Shown piece by piece: positions 1-9,890 of a stretch of 56,683 bases of DNA. This DNA is from Hadesarchaea archaeon (GTDB taxonomy: Archaea > Hadarchaeota > Hadarchaeia > Hadarchaeales > JAGGTB01). Both the position numbers and the translations under genes were made by a program. The stretch's first letter is position 1. Every line of letters starts with the position of its first letter. Location: contig JAGGTB010000028.1 of NCBI GenBank assembly GCA_021163965.1, forward strand, positions 1 to 56,683. The letters run 5' to 3'. Under the pieces are notes generated by a model that saw nothing but the letters and a program-made list of their open reading frames with translations, was not told where the DNA came from and did no database searches.

Positions 1-1223
1 AAGTGCTCCAGCCTTCTTTGCTCTCGCAATTCTCGTAGCAGGCCGGACTTGATCATCCACCGATTTCTCGGAACCTTAAAACTGCGCCCCATCTCCTCGA
101 GCGCTTCCTCCACGCTACCGAAGCGCCTCGGTGGCGAGGATAAAGCCCGGCGCGCCGTTTCTCGCACCACCCACACGCCGAGCGGGGCCCAGTACTTGGA
201 GGAAATCTCCCGTACGGCCAGCACAGACGCTCGCCTTCTGATTTTTGCTAGATACTCCAACACCGCAAGCCTCGTCGCATAGTATCCGCCGCCCAGAGGG
301 GAATATTCCGATTTCGGCCACCGGCCCTCTCTGTCTGCCACTATCTGCGCTGATCCGCTTTCAACCCAAACGGAGCGAGGCAACCACATCTCGATGAGCT
401 CGAAGGAGTAAGCCCCAGGAATCAAGAGGATCTCGAAGTGATTGCCCAAATACTCAGCGGAGAACAGGAGGATCTCGGAGAGCTCTTGGTGGTGAACCAC
501 CTCGGGGAGGATGTAGTTTCCAACGTTGGAGTCGACGGCGGTTATGGCCCACCGCGTGGGGACAAGCTTGCGGTCTTTCTTTATCCCCAGTAATCCGGCA
601 GACAGCAATCTCGTCGCTTGATAGACGTCGATGCCACGGGTGTAAAGCTCCCAAAGGGCCTCAGAAGCCAGAGCATCGTAATCGGAAACCACGTACTCCA
701 CGTCTTTGTGAACGCTTGGATTCTCCGCGAGCTTGGCGTCCCTTATGATTCCGCTTGGACCCATAGGTGAGAGGACGCCATCGTAGTGTAACCTTAGCAC
801 CGGCGGTTTTTTGAGCCATACCTCTGTGTCGATGGGTTTTGATGACATCGCGAGTTCTTGGGTGAGGTCGAGCAACTTGTCTGGTCGTCTCGCGCTCCGG
901 ACTTCCACTCTGAAACTAGACCGCACCAGCTTGGAACGCAAAGCAATAATATCCTCGATGCTCTTGCCGTACCAACTCGCTGGGTCGTCTAGGACATGGC
1001 TTTCTTCTCCCCTCACTGGGGGGACCATGGGGCCGACTAAGACCTTGGGGTATCCCCATCTCCCGACGAAAACCGCTGGGGGACTGGCCCCAAATAGGGA
1101 GGTTCTATAAAGGTCGCGGGATAGTGGGCGCATGGCGTTAATCCTCAGTTGGATTGGGCAAGTTGGTCTGCCGCAGAGCATTCTGCCTCCGCGGCATTGT
1201 AGGCACAGCGATGGAGGTGGCAT
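1..1223 (-). CDS. Nre-family DNA repair protein (NreA-like); 3' end runs off the window
   Basis: Absent from the supplied ORF track because there is no stop inside the window. My reverse-strand translation from the ATG at 1223-1221 stays open to position 1: MPPPSLCLQCRGGRMLCGRPTCPIQL...SPPAVFVGRWGYPKVLVGP...LVPTRWAITAVDSNVGNY...YWAPLGVWVVRE. The N-terminal Cys cluster plus the FVGRxGYPKV and TRWxIT motifs match what I recall for archaeal Nre_N/Nre_C proteins. Confidence 0.7.
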   Translation of the reverse strand, partial: MPPPSLCLQCRGGRMLCGRPTCPIQLRINAMRPLSRDLYRTSLFGASPPAVFVGRWGYPKVLVGPMVPPVRGEESHVLDDPASWYGKSIEDIIALRSKLVRSSFRVEVRSARRPDKLLDLTQELAMSSKPIDTEVWLKKPPVLRLHYDGVLSPMGPSGIIRDAKLAENPSVHKDVEYVVSDYDALASEALWELYTRGIDVYQATRLLSAGLLGIKKDRKLVPTRWAITAVDSNVGNYILPEVVHHQELSEILLFSAEYLGNHFEILLIPGAYSFELIEMWLPRSVWVESGSAQIVADREGRWPKSEYSPLGGGYYATRLAVLEYLAKIRRRASVLAVREISSKYWAPLGVWVVRETARRALSSPPRRFGSVEEALEEMGRSFKVPRNRWMIKSGLLRELREQRRLEH

Positions 1224-1397
1224 ACACCTGAGATATCGGCAACGTGACTTTAGACCTTTTCCTGAGAACCATGACTTGCCCGCGAGTGGGGTGACTTTCG
1301 GGTTACAAAACCCAAATGGAACTTCAGCAAAAAATGCAAGAATGCCGAGGACTAACTTTTTTAAGCCTTAGGGTAGATTTAGTCCGGAGGTCAAAAT

Positions 1398-1670
1398 TTG
1401 GGGAAGATCTTTGCGAGCAGGCTCCGCGGGCTGAGGGTTCTTACTGATAGGGGGCTACGCGTCGGCCAGATCCACGACATGCTTGTGGACGAGGCTAGCG
1501 GGAAGATACAGGCTGTCTTGGTGAGGCCTGAGTCGAAGGAGGTGGCTAAGAACCTCCCAACCGATGAAAGTGGGAACATTATGATCCCCTTCAATGCCGT
1601 CACGGCTATTAGAGACTTCGTAGTCGTAAACGAGCGAAGCTTGGCCGTGCAACAGCTTAAGGCCAGATGA
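1398..1670 (+). CDS. PRC-barrel domain protein
   Basis: 90-aa ORF with a TTG start. The pattern LRGLRVLTDRGLRVGQIHDMLVDEASGKIQAVLV ... IPFNAVTAIRDFVVV is typical of small archaeal PRC-barrel proteins. Confidence 0.65.
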   Translation: MGKIFASRLRGLRVLTDRGLRVGQIHDMLVDEASGKIQAVLVRPESKEVAKNLPTDESGNIMIPFNAVTAIRDFVVVNERSLAVQQLKAR

Positions 1671-2357
1671 TCACCAGCCCAGCTGGAGCCTAGTTGCGAG
1701 TTCGCTAGGCAGATTAGCTTCTTTTATTTTCTCTACGGCGGTGCTGATGTCGTACTTAACCCGTCGGAACTTCACCCGTGGTTCTCCCTTAAGGTGAATT
1801 ATGGCATAGCTTGCGCGGGGATCCCTGTCGCGCGGCTGGCCAACGCTTCCGGGGTTGAGCACCAGTTTTCCATAGACCATATGCTCCATAGGGAAATGCG
1901 TGTGTCCTAGGATCACTATGTCGGCGATCACATCGCGCACGATCTCAGAGAGTACCCTCTTGGGGGTCCCTGGAAAAACCGGCTCGGTGAGGTGACATCT
2001 GGGGCTCCCGTGAACGACGTATATCGATTTTCCTCCAGCTGAAAGTTTCTCTTCCTCCGGCAATTTTTTGAGGAACTTCCGATTTCTTTCCTCAAGGTTT
2101 TTCGCCGTCCAGAGCGCCGCCTCCGAGCCCACCGAACCAAGCCCGACCGTGTTTCGGGTTATCGAACTATAGTCGTGGTCTCCCTTGACGGCTAAAATTT
2201 TTTTCTCCCGGATTAGGTCGACCGTCTCGTTCGGTTGCCCTCCGTAGCCAACTAAATCCCCAGCACAAATTATTAGGTCGACGCGCGGCATGTCCTTCAA
2301 TACCGCTCTCAGGGCGGGGAGGTTCGAATGGATGTCAGCCATCACACCAATTTTCAT
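1671..2357 (-). CDS. Metallophosphoesterase (YfcE/MJ0936-type phosphodiesterase)
   Basis: MKIGVMADIHSN...ICAGDLVGYG...GDHD...VVHGSP...ILGHTH motifs. Start moved to the internal ATG at 2357 because the longer track ORF (to 2465) overlaps the ileS 3' end. Confidence 0.85.
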   Translation of the reverse strand: MKIGVMADIHSNLPALRAVLKDMPRVDLIICAGDLVGYGGQPNETVDLIREKKILAVKGDHDYSSITRNTVGLGSVGSEAALWTAKNLEERNRKFLKKLPEEEKLSAGGKSIYVVHGSPRCHLTEPVFPGTPKRVLSEIVRDVIADIVILGHTHFPMEHMVYGKLVLNPGSVGQPRDRDPRASYAIIHLKGEPRVKFRRVKYDISTAVEKIKEANLPSELATRLQLGW

Positions 2358-2413
2358 TTCAATCACCAGCCCCCACGGATCGCACAGACCCCCGAAACGG
2401 CGACCGCGCTCTC

Positions 2414-5400
2414 TTATCTGAGACGTCTCAGAAGAAGCTTGAACCTCTCGCCCTCGATGTTCCACTCCTTGGTGTAGCCTTCTTCTCCTACTTCCTCCAC
2501 GCGGACGACTCTCAGTTCCTTTATCCTAACTTCGCGTTTCAGATATTCCTCCTGGGTCTTTAGAAGCCGAAGGTCCCTTTCGCTGTCGGTGCCGATCACT
2601 ACATCCACGCGTTCTTCCATTTCCAAGTCCATATCCTTCCGCATCATTTGAAGTCTCCTCACGATTTCCCTGGCCAAGCGTTCCGCCATCAGCTCGTCGG
2701 TCAACGTCGTGTCCACTATCACTTCCCCAAACTCCGTATTCGCCACTACGTATTCCTCGGGGAATTGGTCGAGCTTCAGATCTTCCGCCTGAACTTGGAT
2801 TTGTTGTCCCTCTATCTGGAGCCCCACGAAGCCCATACGTTCCACTTCCCCGCGAACGCTTTCGACTCTCATACGTCTTAGGACGTCCCTGATCCTAGGT
2901 GCGAGATTCCCGAACTTCCTAGATATCGAGTCGAGATTCACCTCACACACGGGGCGCAATTCCTCGTCTTTCTCCCCGGGGGCAAGTGCCCTGAGCTCCT
3001 TTGCGTTCAGTTGGTGTTTAAGTACGTGCTCCAGCCTCAGCACCGCTTTCTTCGCCCGCTCCGAGGATGCCCTAATAAAGACTCTGCGGACTGGCCACCT
3101 GAGCCTGAGCCCCGCCTTCTGACGTGCTGTTGCTCCTCCCTCGAAGAGCGCACGCACTATCTTCATATCTTCCTCAAGCTGCTTGTCTATCCATTTTTCA
3201 TCAACTTCTGGCCACCGGTGGAGATGCACGCTCTCGGGTTCAGACGGGTCCGCCGCTCTTATTAGGCCTAGATACATTGCCTCCGTGATGTGCGGCATCA
3301 CGGGGGCGAGGAGCCTAAGGAGGACGTGCAGGACCCGGTACAAAGCCGCGTAGGCCGCCTTTTTCTTCAGATTCTCACTCTCGATCCAAGTTCTAGGCCG
3401 CACGAGCTTCACGTACCACCTGCTTAGATCCTCCAGCACGAACGACTGGAGGGCGCGCGTCGCAACGTGTAAGTTCAGCCCCTCAAAGGCGGTCGTGACC
3501 TCTTTCGTCAGGGTATTTGCGCGGGAGATTATCCACCTATCCTCGGGCTCTAAGCTATCGCGAAGTTCCTCCAGACTGGCCGCGGTGGGGTCGAATTTGT
3601 CGAGGGACATGTAGGTTGTTGCAAACACGTAGACGTTCCACAGGACGTTGAGCATGCGGTTTACGACCTCCACTTCCTTCCAGTTGAACCTCAGGTCCTC
3701 CCACACTGGGTTCGCCGAGAGCAAGTAGAATCTCAGAACGTCGGCGCCGTATTTTTCCACGACTTCGAGCGGGTCGACGACGTTCCCGAGGGATTTCGAC
3801 ATCTTCCTACCCTCGGAATCCAGCGTAAACCCGTGCATTAGCACGCATCTGTAGGGAACCTCATCAAATGCTATTATCGACGTGACCTGTTGACCGTAGA
3901 ACCACTTGGTCACCTGGTCCTCGCCCTCGGTGATGAAGTCACTTGGCCAAAGGCGCTCGAACCTGTCTCGTCTCATCGGATACCCTAGGCTCGCCCAGGA
4001 GCAGACCCCGGAGTCGAACCAAACGTCAAGCACATCCGGTATTCGCCTCATCTCGCCTCCACACTTCGGACAACGCAATTTGACCTTGTCAATATTTGGT
4101 CTGTGAAGGTCCTCCTCCGGAATCTCGCCGATAGCCAAGTCCGCTAGCTCTCTCCTACTGCCGATGACTACTTCGTGAGCACAGGTGCTACAAACCCATA
4201 TCGGTAGCGGTATACCCCAGTATCTCTGTCTGGAGATGCACCAGTCCCCCGTGGACTCCACACCATTCTGGTAGCGCTCCGCTACCCAGCCCGGAACCCA
4301 CTTCACGTTCGCGGAGTTCTTCTCCAGAATCCTGGGTTTGATTTTCGAGACCTGCAGGAACCACTGCTCTGTCGCGCGGAAAAGGAGGGGAGTCTTGCAA
4401 CGCCAGCAGTGGGGGTAGGAGTGGTGGATGGTTCCCTCCTTCATGAGCACCCCTTTTGCCTTTAGATCCTCCAAAATCACACGATCTGCGTCCTTCACGA
4501 ACATTCCCGAGTACTTTCCAGCCTCGGGGGTAAACCTCCCGTCTGGGCCTACGGGGCTAAAGACCGGCAGGTTGTAGGCTTTCCCGACCTCGAAGTCCTC
4601 CTCCCCATGTCCGGGAGCGGTGTGAACGCAACCGGTTCCTTCCTCCAGCGTCACGTGTTCACCGCAGATGATCCGGTGGTGATCTCTGAACTCCATTTGC
4701 TTGGGAACCTCCTGAAGCAATGGGTGCTCATAGCGGAGTCCCTCCAGCTCCTTTCCCTTCACTAGGTCAACTATTCGATAGTCGCGGATGTCCAGCTCCT
4801 CCATAACTCTCGAAACCAAGGCCTCCGCCATTATGTAGACATCGTCCCCGACCGCTACCTTCGCATAGTAGAACTCCGGGTGGACGCATACGGCAATGTT
4901 CGCTGGCAGAGTCCATGGAGTTGTCGTCCATATCAGGATGTACTCATTCGGCGATTGTTCAAGCTTGAATCTAGCATAAAGCGAGGGGTCGCTCACGTCG
5001 CGGTACTCGCCGCGGACTTCGTGCTCGGCCAGTGCGGTTTCGCAGCGCGGACACCACTGTATGACCCGGAGATCCTTCTGCATCAGTCCCCTCTCATGGG
5101 CCCGCTTCAGCGTCCACCAGACGGATTCAATGTAGTCATCGGTGAGGGTGAGGTAGGGCTTATCCCAATCCATCCAAACCCCCAATCGCTTGAACTGATT
5201 GGTCATCATCTCGACGTGGGTTAGGGCCCAGCGCTTGCACTCGCCGATGAAGCGGTCGATCCCTATCTCCTGCTCGATGTCCTTCTTCGTCCTGATCCCG
5301 AGGCTCTCCTCCACCTTGACCTCGATTGGTAGTCCGTGGCAGTCCCACCCCGGCTGACGGTGCACGTTAAAGCCGCACATGCTTTTGTACCGCAGGATCG

Positions 5401-5599
5401 CGTCCTTGATCACTTTGTTCCACGCCGTCCCTAGATGGATCGCACCGCTCGCATAAGGTGGGCCATCTAAGAAAAACCAGTCGGGGTCTTGGGAGTGAAG
5501 CTCCTTAACCTTTTCATAGGTCCCCTCAGCTTCCCACTTTCTCTGGATCTCCTCCTCGAATCGTCTGGCATCGTACTTTCTCGGCGCCTGTTCGATCAT
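2414..5599 (-). CDS. ileS: Isoleucyl-tRNA synthetase
   Basis: 1061-aa ORF with PPYASGAIHLGTAWNK (HIGH region), KMSKS, a CP1 editing-domain-sized insertion and zinc-binding Cys pairs. Archaeal-type length. Confidence 0.96.
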   Translation of the reverse strand: MIEQAPRKYDARRFEEEIQRKWEAEGTYEKVKELHSQDPDWFFLDGPPYASGAIHLGTAWNKVIKDAILRYKSMCGFNVHRQPGWDCHGLPIEVKVEESLGIRTKKDIEQEIGIDRFIGECKRWALTHVEMMTNQFKRLGVWMDWDKPYLTLTDDYIESVWWTLKRAHERGLMQKDLRVIQWCPRCETALAEHEVRGEYRDVSDPSLYARFKLEQSPNEYILIWTTTPWTLPANIAVCVHPEFYYAKVAVGDDVYIMAEALVSRVMEELDIRDYRIVDLVKGKELEGLRYEHPLLQEVPKQMEFRDHHRIICGEHVTLEEGTGCVHTAPGHGEEDFEVGKAYNLPVFSPVGPDGRFTPEAGKYSGMFVKDADRVILEDLKAKGVLMKEGTIHHSYPHCWRCKTPLLFRATEQWFLQVSKIKPRILEKNSANVKWVPGWVAERYQNGVESTGDWCISRQRYWGIPLPIWVCSTCAHEVVIGSRRELADLAIGEIPEEDLHRPNIDKVKLRCPKCGGEMRRIPDVLDVWFDSGVCSWASLGYPMRRDRFERLWPSDFITEGEDQVTKWFYGQQVTSIIAFDEVPYRCVLMHGFTLDSEGRKMSKSLGNVVDPLEVVEKYGADVLRFYLLSANPVWEDLRFNWKEVEVVNRMLNVLWNVYVFATTYMSLDKFDPTAASLEELRDSLEPEDRWIISRANTLTKEVTTAFEGLNLHVATRALQSFVLEDLSRWYVKLVRPRTWIESENLKKKAAYAALYRVLHVLLRLLAPVMPHITEAMYLGLIRAADPSEPESVHLHRWPEVDEKWIDKQLEEDMKIVRALFEGGATARQKAGLRLRWPVRRVFIRASSERAKKAVLRLEHVLKHQLNAKELRALAPGEKDEELRPVCEVNLDSISRKFGNLAPRIRDVLRRMRVESVRGEVERMGFVGLQIEGQQIQVQAEDLKLDQFPEEYVVANTEFGEVIVDTTLTDELMAERLAREIVRRLQMMRKDMDLEMEERVDVVIGTDSERDLRLLKTQEEYLKREVRIKELRVVRVEEVGEEGYTKEWNIEGERFKLLLRRLR

Positions 5600-5716
5600 G
5601 TTGCTCTCACCAATGACTTTTACCTTACTTCAATTCCCGTAACCATATAAGAAAATAGTTGGAGTCTTAAGAGGTAATCTTATTTTTGCTCATTCCATGA
5701 GGTGGTGGGGAGACAA

Positions 5717-6142
5717 ATGGCATGGGTCATCGCCCTCATAATTGGGGTGATAGTGGGTGCCCTTCTGACCTACGTCTGCTTGAGGGAGCGGATGGTAGTA
5801 GAGCTTCACCGATGGAAGGCCGAGTTCGAGGAACGAATCAGGAGAGATGTGCTCGAGCGAAGTAGGGCGGCGCTCAAGGGAAGGATTGGTGAGCAACTCA
5901 CCCCCCTACTGCCCATGTTCAAGCACGAGCCCGCAGACGCGAGGTTCATAGGTTCCCCAGTAGATTACGTGATCTTCGACGGACACAGCGAAGGAGAGCC
6001 TAGGCGAGTAATCTTCGTGGACGTGAAAACGGGGAAGTCAGCCGCCCTGAGCCCTATCCAGCGAAAGCTCAAGCAAGTGATCGAGCAGAAACGGGTACAG
6101 TGGGAGACCATTCACATAGGCGCGCTGGATGGTGAGAGCTAG
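5717..6142 (+). CDS. Membrane-anchored endonuclease related to archaeal Holliday junction resolvase (COG4741-like)
   Basis: N-terminal TM helix (MAWVIALIIGVIVGALLTYVCL), a coiled region, then ADARFIGSPVDYVIFDG...VIFVDVKTGKSALSPIQRKLKQVIE. This resembles the Endonuc_Holl family as I recall it. Start set at the ATG at 5717. Confidence 0.55.
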   Translation: MAWVIALIIGVIVGALLTYVCLRERMVVELHRWKAEFEERIRRDVLERSRAALKGRIGEQLTPLLPMFKHEPADARFIGSPVDYVIFDGHSEGEPRRVIFVDVKTGKSAALSPIQRKLKQVIEQKRVQWETIHIGALDGES

Positions 6143-6275
6143 CGTCGCTGATGTTACATAATTTTTCGCGACCAAGGCCGAGGGCTTTTGGGGTCCGCAT
6201 GGGAAGCCATAAATGTATTGGGCCCCGGCGGTAAAGTTAAACCCACGTTCCTCAAATTAGAAACAAGGTGGTGAG

Positions 6276-7244
6276 TTGGTCGCCCAGGAGATTTGGGTTG
6301 AAAAATACCGTCCGAAGAAGCTGGCCGACATCGTCGGACAAACGGAGATCACGGAACGTTTAAGGATCTTCGTCAAGGAAAAATCGCTACCACACCTTCT
6401 ATTTGCTGGTCCCGCAGGGACGGGAAAAACCACAGCTGCCCTCTGCATAGCCCGCGAACTCTTCGGAGAAGGATGGCATCAAAATTTCTTGGAACTGAAT
6501 GCGAGCGATGAGCGGGGGATTAACACCATCCGAACGAAAGTCAAGGATTACGCTAGAACTATGGCGATAGGCGACGTACCTTATAAAATAATTTACCTTG
6601 ACGAGGCAGATGCGTTAACTCCAGAGGCACAACACGCCCTCCGCAGGACTATGGAGATGTACTCGCAGACGTGTAGGTTTATCCTAGGTTGCAACTACTC
6701 GAGCAAAATCATCGAACCCATCCAATCGCGGTGCGCCGTCTTCCGCTTCAGACGCTTAGGCAAGAAGGACATCGCCAACGTGCTCAAGAAAATAGCCAAG
6801 AGCGAAAACTTGAGGTTGACCGATGGGGCGATAGATGCGATAGTGTACATCTCAGAGGGGGATATGCGCAGGGCCATCAACATCCTCCAAGCTGCCTCCG
6901 CCACCGCGAAGGAGATCACGGAGAAGACGATATACGATGTGAGCGCCACGGCACATCCGGAGGAGGTCAAGGAGATGATAAAGCTCGCTCTAGATGGGAA
7001 GTTTGAAGAGGCTCGGGAGAGGCTCTTGAACCTCCTGATAGGTCGGGGACTCGCGGGGGATGATATCCTTATGCAGATCCACCGCCAGATACTTGACCTG
7101 GACCTTCCCGAGCTGGTGAAGGTAAAGCTCGTCGACCGGATGGGGGAGTTTGACTTTAGGCTCACGGAAGGGGCGAACGAGAGGATTCAGCTCGAGGCCG
7201 CGCTGGCTCATCTCACCTTGCTCGGAAGTAGGCTCAGGAGCTAG
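6276..7244 (+). CDS. rfcS: Replication factor C small subunit
   Basis: WVEKYRPKKLADIVGQ, Walker A GPAGTGKTT, DEAD-like LDEADALT, and SRC motif (IQSRCAVFRF). TTG start preceded by a GGTGGTGAG SD-like sequence. Confidence 0.95.
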   Translation: MVAQEIWVEKYRPKKLADIVGQTEITERLRIFVKEKSLPHLLFAGPAGTGKTTAALCIARELFGEGWHQNFLELNASDERGINTIRTKVKDYARTMAIGDVPYKIIYLDEADALTPEAQHALRRTMEMYSQTCRFILGCNYSSKIIEPIQSRCAVFRFRRLGKKDIANVLKKIAKSENLRLTDGAIDAIVYISEGDMRRAINILQAASATAKEITEKTIYDVSATAHPEEVKEMIKLALDGKFEEARERLLNLLIGRGLAGDDILMQIHRQILDLDLPELVKVKLVDRMGEFDFRLTEGANERIQLEAALAHLTLLGSRLRS

Positions 7245-7326
7245 TCGCCGAGGATTTCTCACAAAAAGACGTCAGATTGAATCTGAAACTTTTAATCCGA
7301 CGGCGAGAGATACTCATCTGGTCGGG

Positions 7327-9741
7327 ATGCGCGGATTCCTCATAGACAGCGATTACGTAAAGGGGGGTGAATTCCCCCATGCGCGCTTGTTCGTGAAGAG
7401 GGGAAAAGAGGTAATTACTTGCATAGACCCAAATTTCAGACCCTACTTCTACGTGATTGCCGATAGACCATCGCGCGTGGCCAAGGCGATAAGTAAACTC
7501 GAAGTTGAGAAGGGTGGAAAAACCGTTAGGGCCAGATCGGTTGAAGTGGTGAAGCGCGCGTTGCTCGGCAAGGAGATCCAGGCTATTAAAGTAACTTTCG
7601 ATCATCCAAATGATGTTGCCCCGCTGAGGCACGAGATCGGGGACTTCCACGAGGTCCAAGGGATATATGAGTTCGATATCCCGCTGGAGAGACGCTATCT
7701 CATAGATCATGGGCTAGTTCCGATGAGTGGGATCGAGATCCGGGGGGAGCCCCAAGACGGGAAAATCATCGTCCGAGAAGCCCCCGCTCACGTCGAGGTA
7801 CCGGAGCCGGAACTGAATGTGATGAGCTTCGACATAGAGGTCTACAACCCTACTGGAAATCCGCGTCCAGAGAAAGATCCGATAATAATGATAAGTTTGG
7901 CAGATAACCGCGGGCTGAGAAAGGTCCTGACTTGGAAGGATTTCGGCTTGAATTTGGACTACGTCGAGGTGGTCAAAGACGAGCGCGAGATGCTTTGCCG
8001 CTTCATCCAGCTGGTGGAAAAGCGCGACGTAGACGTGTTGCTCGGCTACAATACCGACCTCTTCGATTTTCCCTACATTCGCGAAAGGGCTGGGAAGCTG
8101 GGAGTGAAGCTAAAGCTCGGGCGCGACGGCTCGGAAATTTCCGTCAAAAAGAGGAGGTTCGCCACTGTTACCAGAATCCCAGGCAGAGTCCACATTGACC
8201 TTTACGCTGCTGTGAACTTCCTTGCGACGATAGGTGCGATAAAGCTGATAAACTACACCTTGGAGAACGTTTACAAGCACGTAACTGGCAAGAAGAAACC
8301 AGACGTTGAGTTCTCGGACTTCTGTGAGGCTTGGGAGGGGGGAGGGGAGAAGGCCAAGAGATTACTCGAGTACTCGATGTCCGACGCCGACGCGACCTTG
8401 GAACTCGGGCTAGAATTCCTCCCCCTGCTTTTCGAACTCAGCCGGACGGTAAAGCAGTCCCTCTTTGACATCAGCAGGATGACCTCAGGGCAACTTGTGG
8501 AGTGGCTCTTGATCTATGAGGCCCACAAGAGGGGGGAGCTCGTTCCCCCGAGACCCGTCGGCGGGGAGTACTTGGAACGCCGAAAGGACACTTACGTGGG
8601 CGCATATGTCATGGAGCCTGTAAGGGGGCTTCATGAGAACCTCGTTGTGTTCGACTTCAGGTCGCTGTATCCCTCGATCATAGTAACCCACAACATTGAT
8701 CCCTCCACCCTCAACTGCAGCTGTTGCAAGCCCGAGGAGGCCACGGAGGTTCCAGGTTTACCCCACCGCTTCTGCGCGAAGAAGAGGGGATTCATCCCCG
8801 CGATCCTCGAGCGACTCATCACCGACAGGGCGAAGCTAAAGGGAGAGATGAAAAAGCTCGACGAGGGGAGCAGAGAGTACCGCTCGATCTACAACCGGCA
8901 GTGGGCGCTTAAAATTATCGCGAACTCTTTCTACGGGATGTTAGGATATCCGCGAGCACGGTGGTACTCTAAGAAGTGCGCTGAGTCCGTTACGAGCTTC
9001 GGCAGGCGCTACATCAAGGACACGATCGAGATGGCGAGGAGGGAGGGCTTTGAGGTAGTTTACTCTGACACCGACAGTCTCTACTGCAAGCTCAACGGGA
9101 AGACCCGCGAGGATGCCCTTAGGTTCCTCGATCGAGTAAACGAAGCAATGCCCGGAGTAATAGAGCTAGAACTCGAGGATTTCTACAAGCGCGGTATTTT
9201 CGTCAGTAAGAAGCGCTATGCGGTGATAGACGATAGAAATAAAATTCTCGTGAAAGGACTGGAGTTCGTACGCAGGGATTGGGCGACCATTGCAAAGAAG
9301 ACCCAAGAGGCGGTGTTGGAAGCGATCCTGCGAGATGGGTCCCCAGAGAAGGCTGCGAGGATCGTGCGGAGTGTTACGAAAAGTATTATCGAGGGAAAAG
9401 TCGATCTGGAAGATCTAGTTATCTACACCCAGCTGAAGAAGTCCATTGGTGACTATCTGTCCATCGGCCCTCATGTCGCCGTCGCCAAGCGGCTGAGGGA
9501 GATGGGAAGAGTAGTGGAACCGGGGATGCTCGTCGCCTATGTAGTCGTCAAGGGGTCCGGGAGCGTGAGCGACCGCGCGGTTCCTGTGGAGGAACTCAGA
9601 GGAAAGGATTACGATGCGGGATACTACATAGGACATCAGGTCTTGCCTGCGGTGATGAGGATTATGGAGGTTCTCGGTTACGGGGAAGACGACTTACGGT
9701 ACGGGCGGGCGAAACAGACGAAGCTCGGAAAGTTTATATGA
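7327..9741 (+). CDS. polB: Family B DNA polymerase
   Basis: Exo I FDIEV, DFRSLYPSII (motif A), KIIANSFYGMLGY (motif B), YSDTDS (motif C). No intein-sized insertion. Start moved to the ATG at 7327 (MRGFLIDSDYV) because the track ORF start at 7150 lies inside rfcS. Confidence 0.95.
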   Translation: MRGFLIDSDYVKGGEFPHARLFVKRGKEVITCIDPNFRPYFYVIADRPSRVAKAISKLEVEKGGKTVRARSVEVVKRALLGKEIQAIKVTFDHPNDVAPLRHEIGDFHEVQGIYEFDIPLERRYLIDHGLVPMSGIEIRGEPQDGKIIVREAPAHVEVPEPELNVMSFDIEVYNPTGNPRPEKDPIIMISLADNRGLRKVLTWKDFGLNLDYVEVVKDEREMLCRFIQLVEKRDVDVLLGYNTDLFDFPYIRERAGKLGVKLKLGRDGSEISVKKRRFATVTRIPGRVHIDLYAAVNFLATIGAIKLINYTLENVYKHVTGKKKPDVEFSDFCEAWEGGGEKAKRLLEYSMSDADATLELGLEFLPLLFELSRTVKQSLFDISRMTSGQLVEWLLIYEAHKRGELVPPRPVGGEYLERRKDTYVGAYVMEPVRGLHENLVVFDFRSLYPSIIVTHNIDPSTLNCSCCKPEEATEVPGLPHRFCAKKRGFIPAILERLITDRAKLKGEMKKLDEGSREYRSIYNRQWALKIIANSFYGMLGYPRARWYSKKCAESVTSFGRRYIKDTIEMARREGFEVVYSDTDSLYCKLNGKTREDALRFLDRVNEAMPGVIELELEDFYKRGIFVSKKRYAVIDDRNKILVKGLEFVRRDWATIAKKTQEAVLEAILRDGSPEKAARIVRSVTKSIIEGKVDLEDLVIYTQLKKSIGDYLSIGPHVAVAKRLREMGRVVEPGMLVAYVVVKGSGSVSDRAVPVEELRGKDYDAGYYIGHQVLPAVMRIMEVLGYGEDDLRYGRAKQTKLGKFI

Positions 9742-9890
9742 GGATGGGAGATATCGGTTTGACCCAGAGCGCGTTCATGCTAAGACTTCGCTATTTTCAG
9801 GGGATTCTCAATCAGTTCTCGGACTAGGAGGCGCGCGCGTCTATCGATAGAATTAAATTGGCATTTTCTAAACAACTTTCGTCGATTTGC

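Noticed and set aside
7150-7326. Long N-terminal extensions in the ORF track for polB (7150), the phosphoesterase (to 2465), ligase (15507), topA (to 44687), rad50 (to 41118), trkH (28617) and map (9858).
   Set aside because: The extensions overlap neighbouring genes or translate to non-conserved Arg/Ser-rich sequence. Internal ATGs give N-termini that match the family consensus.
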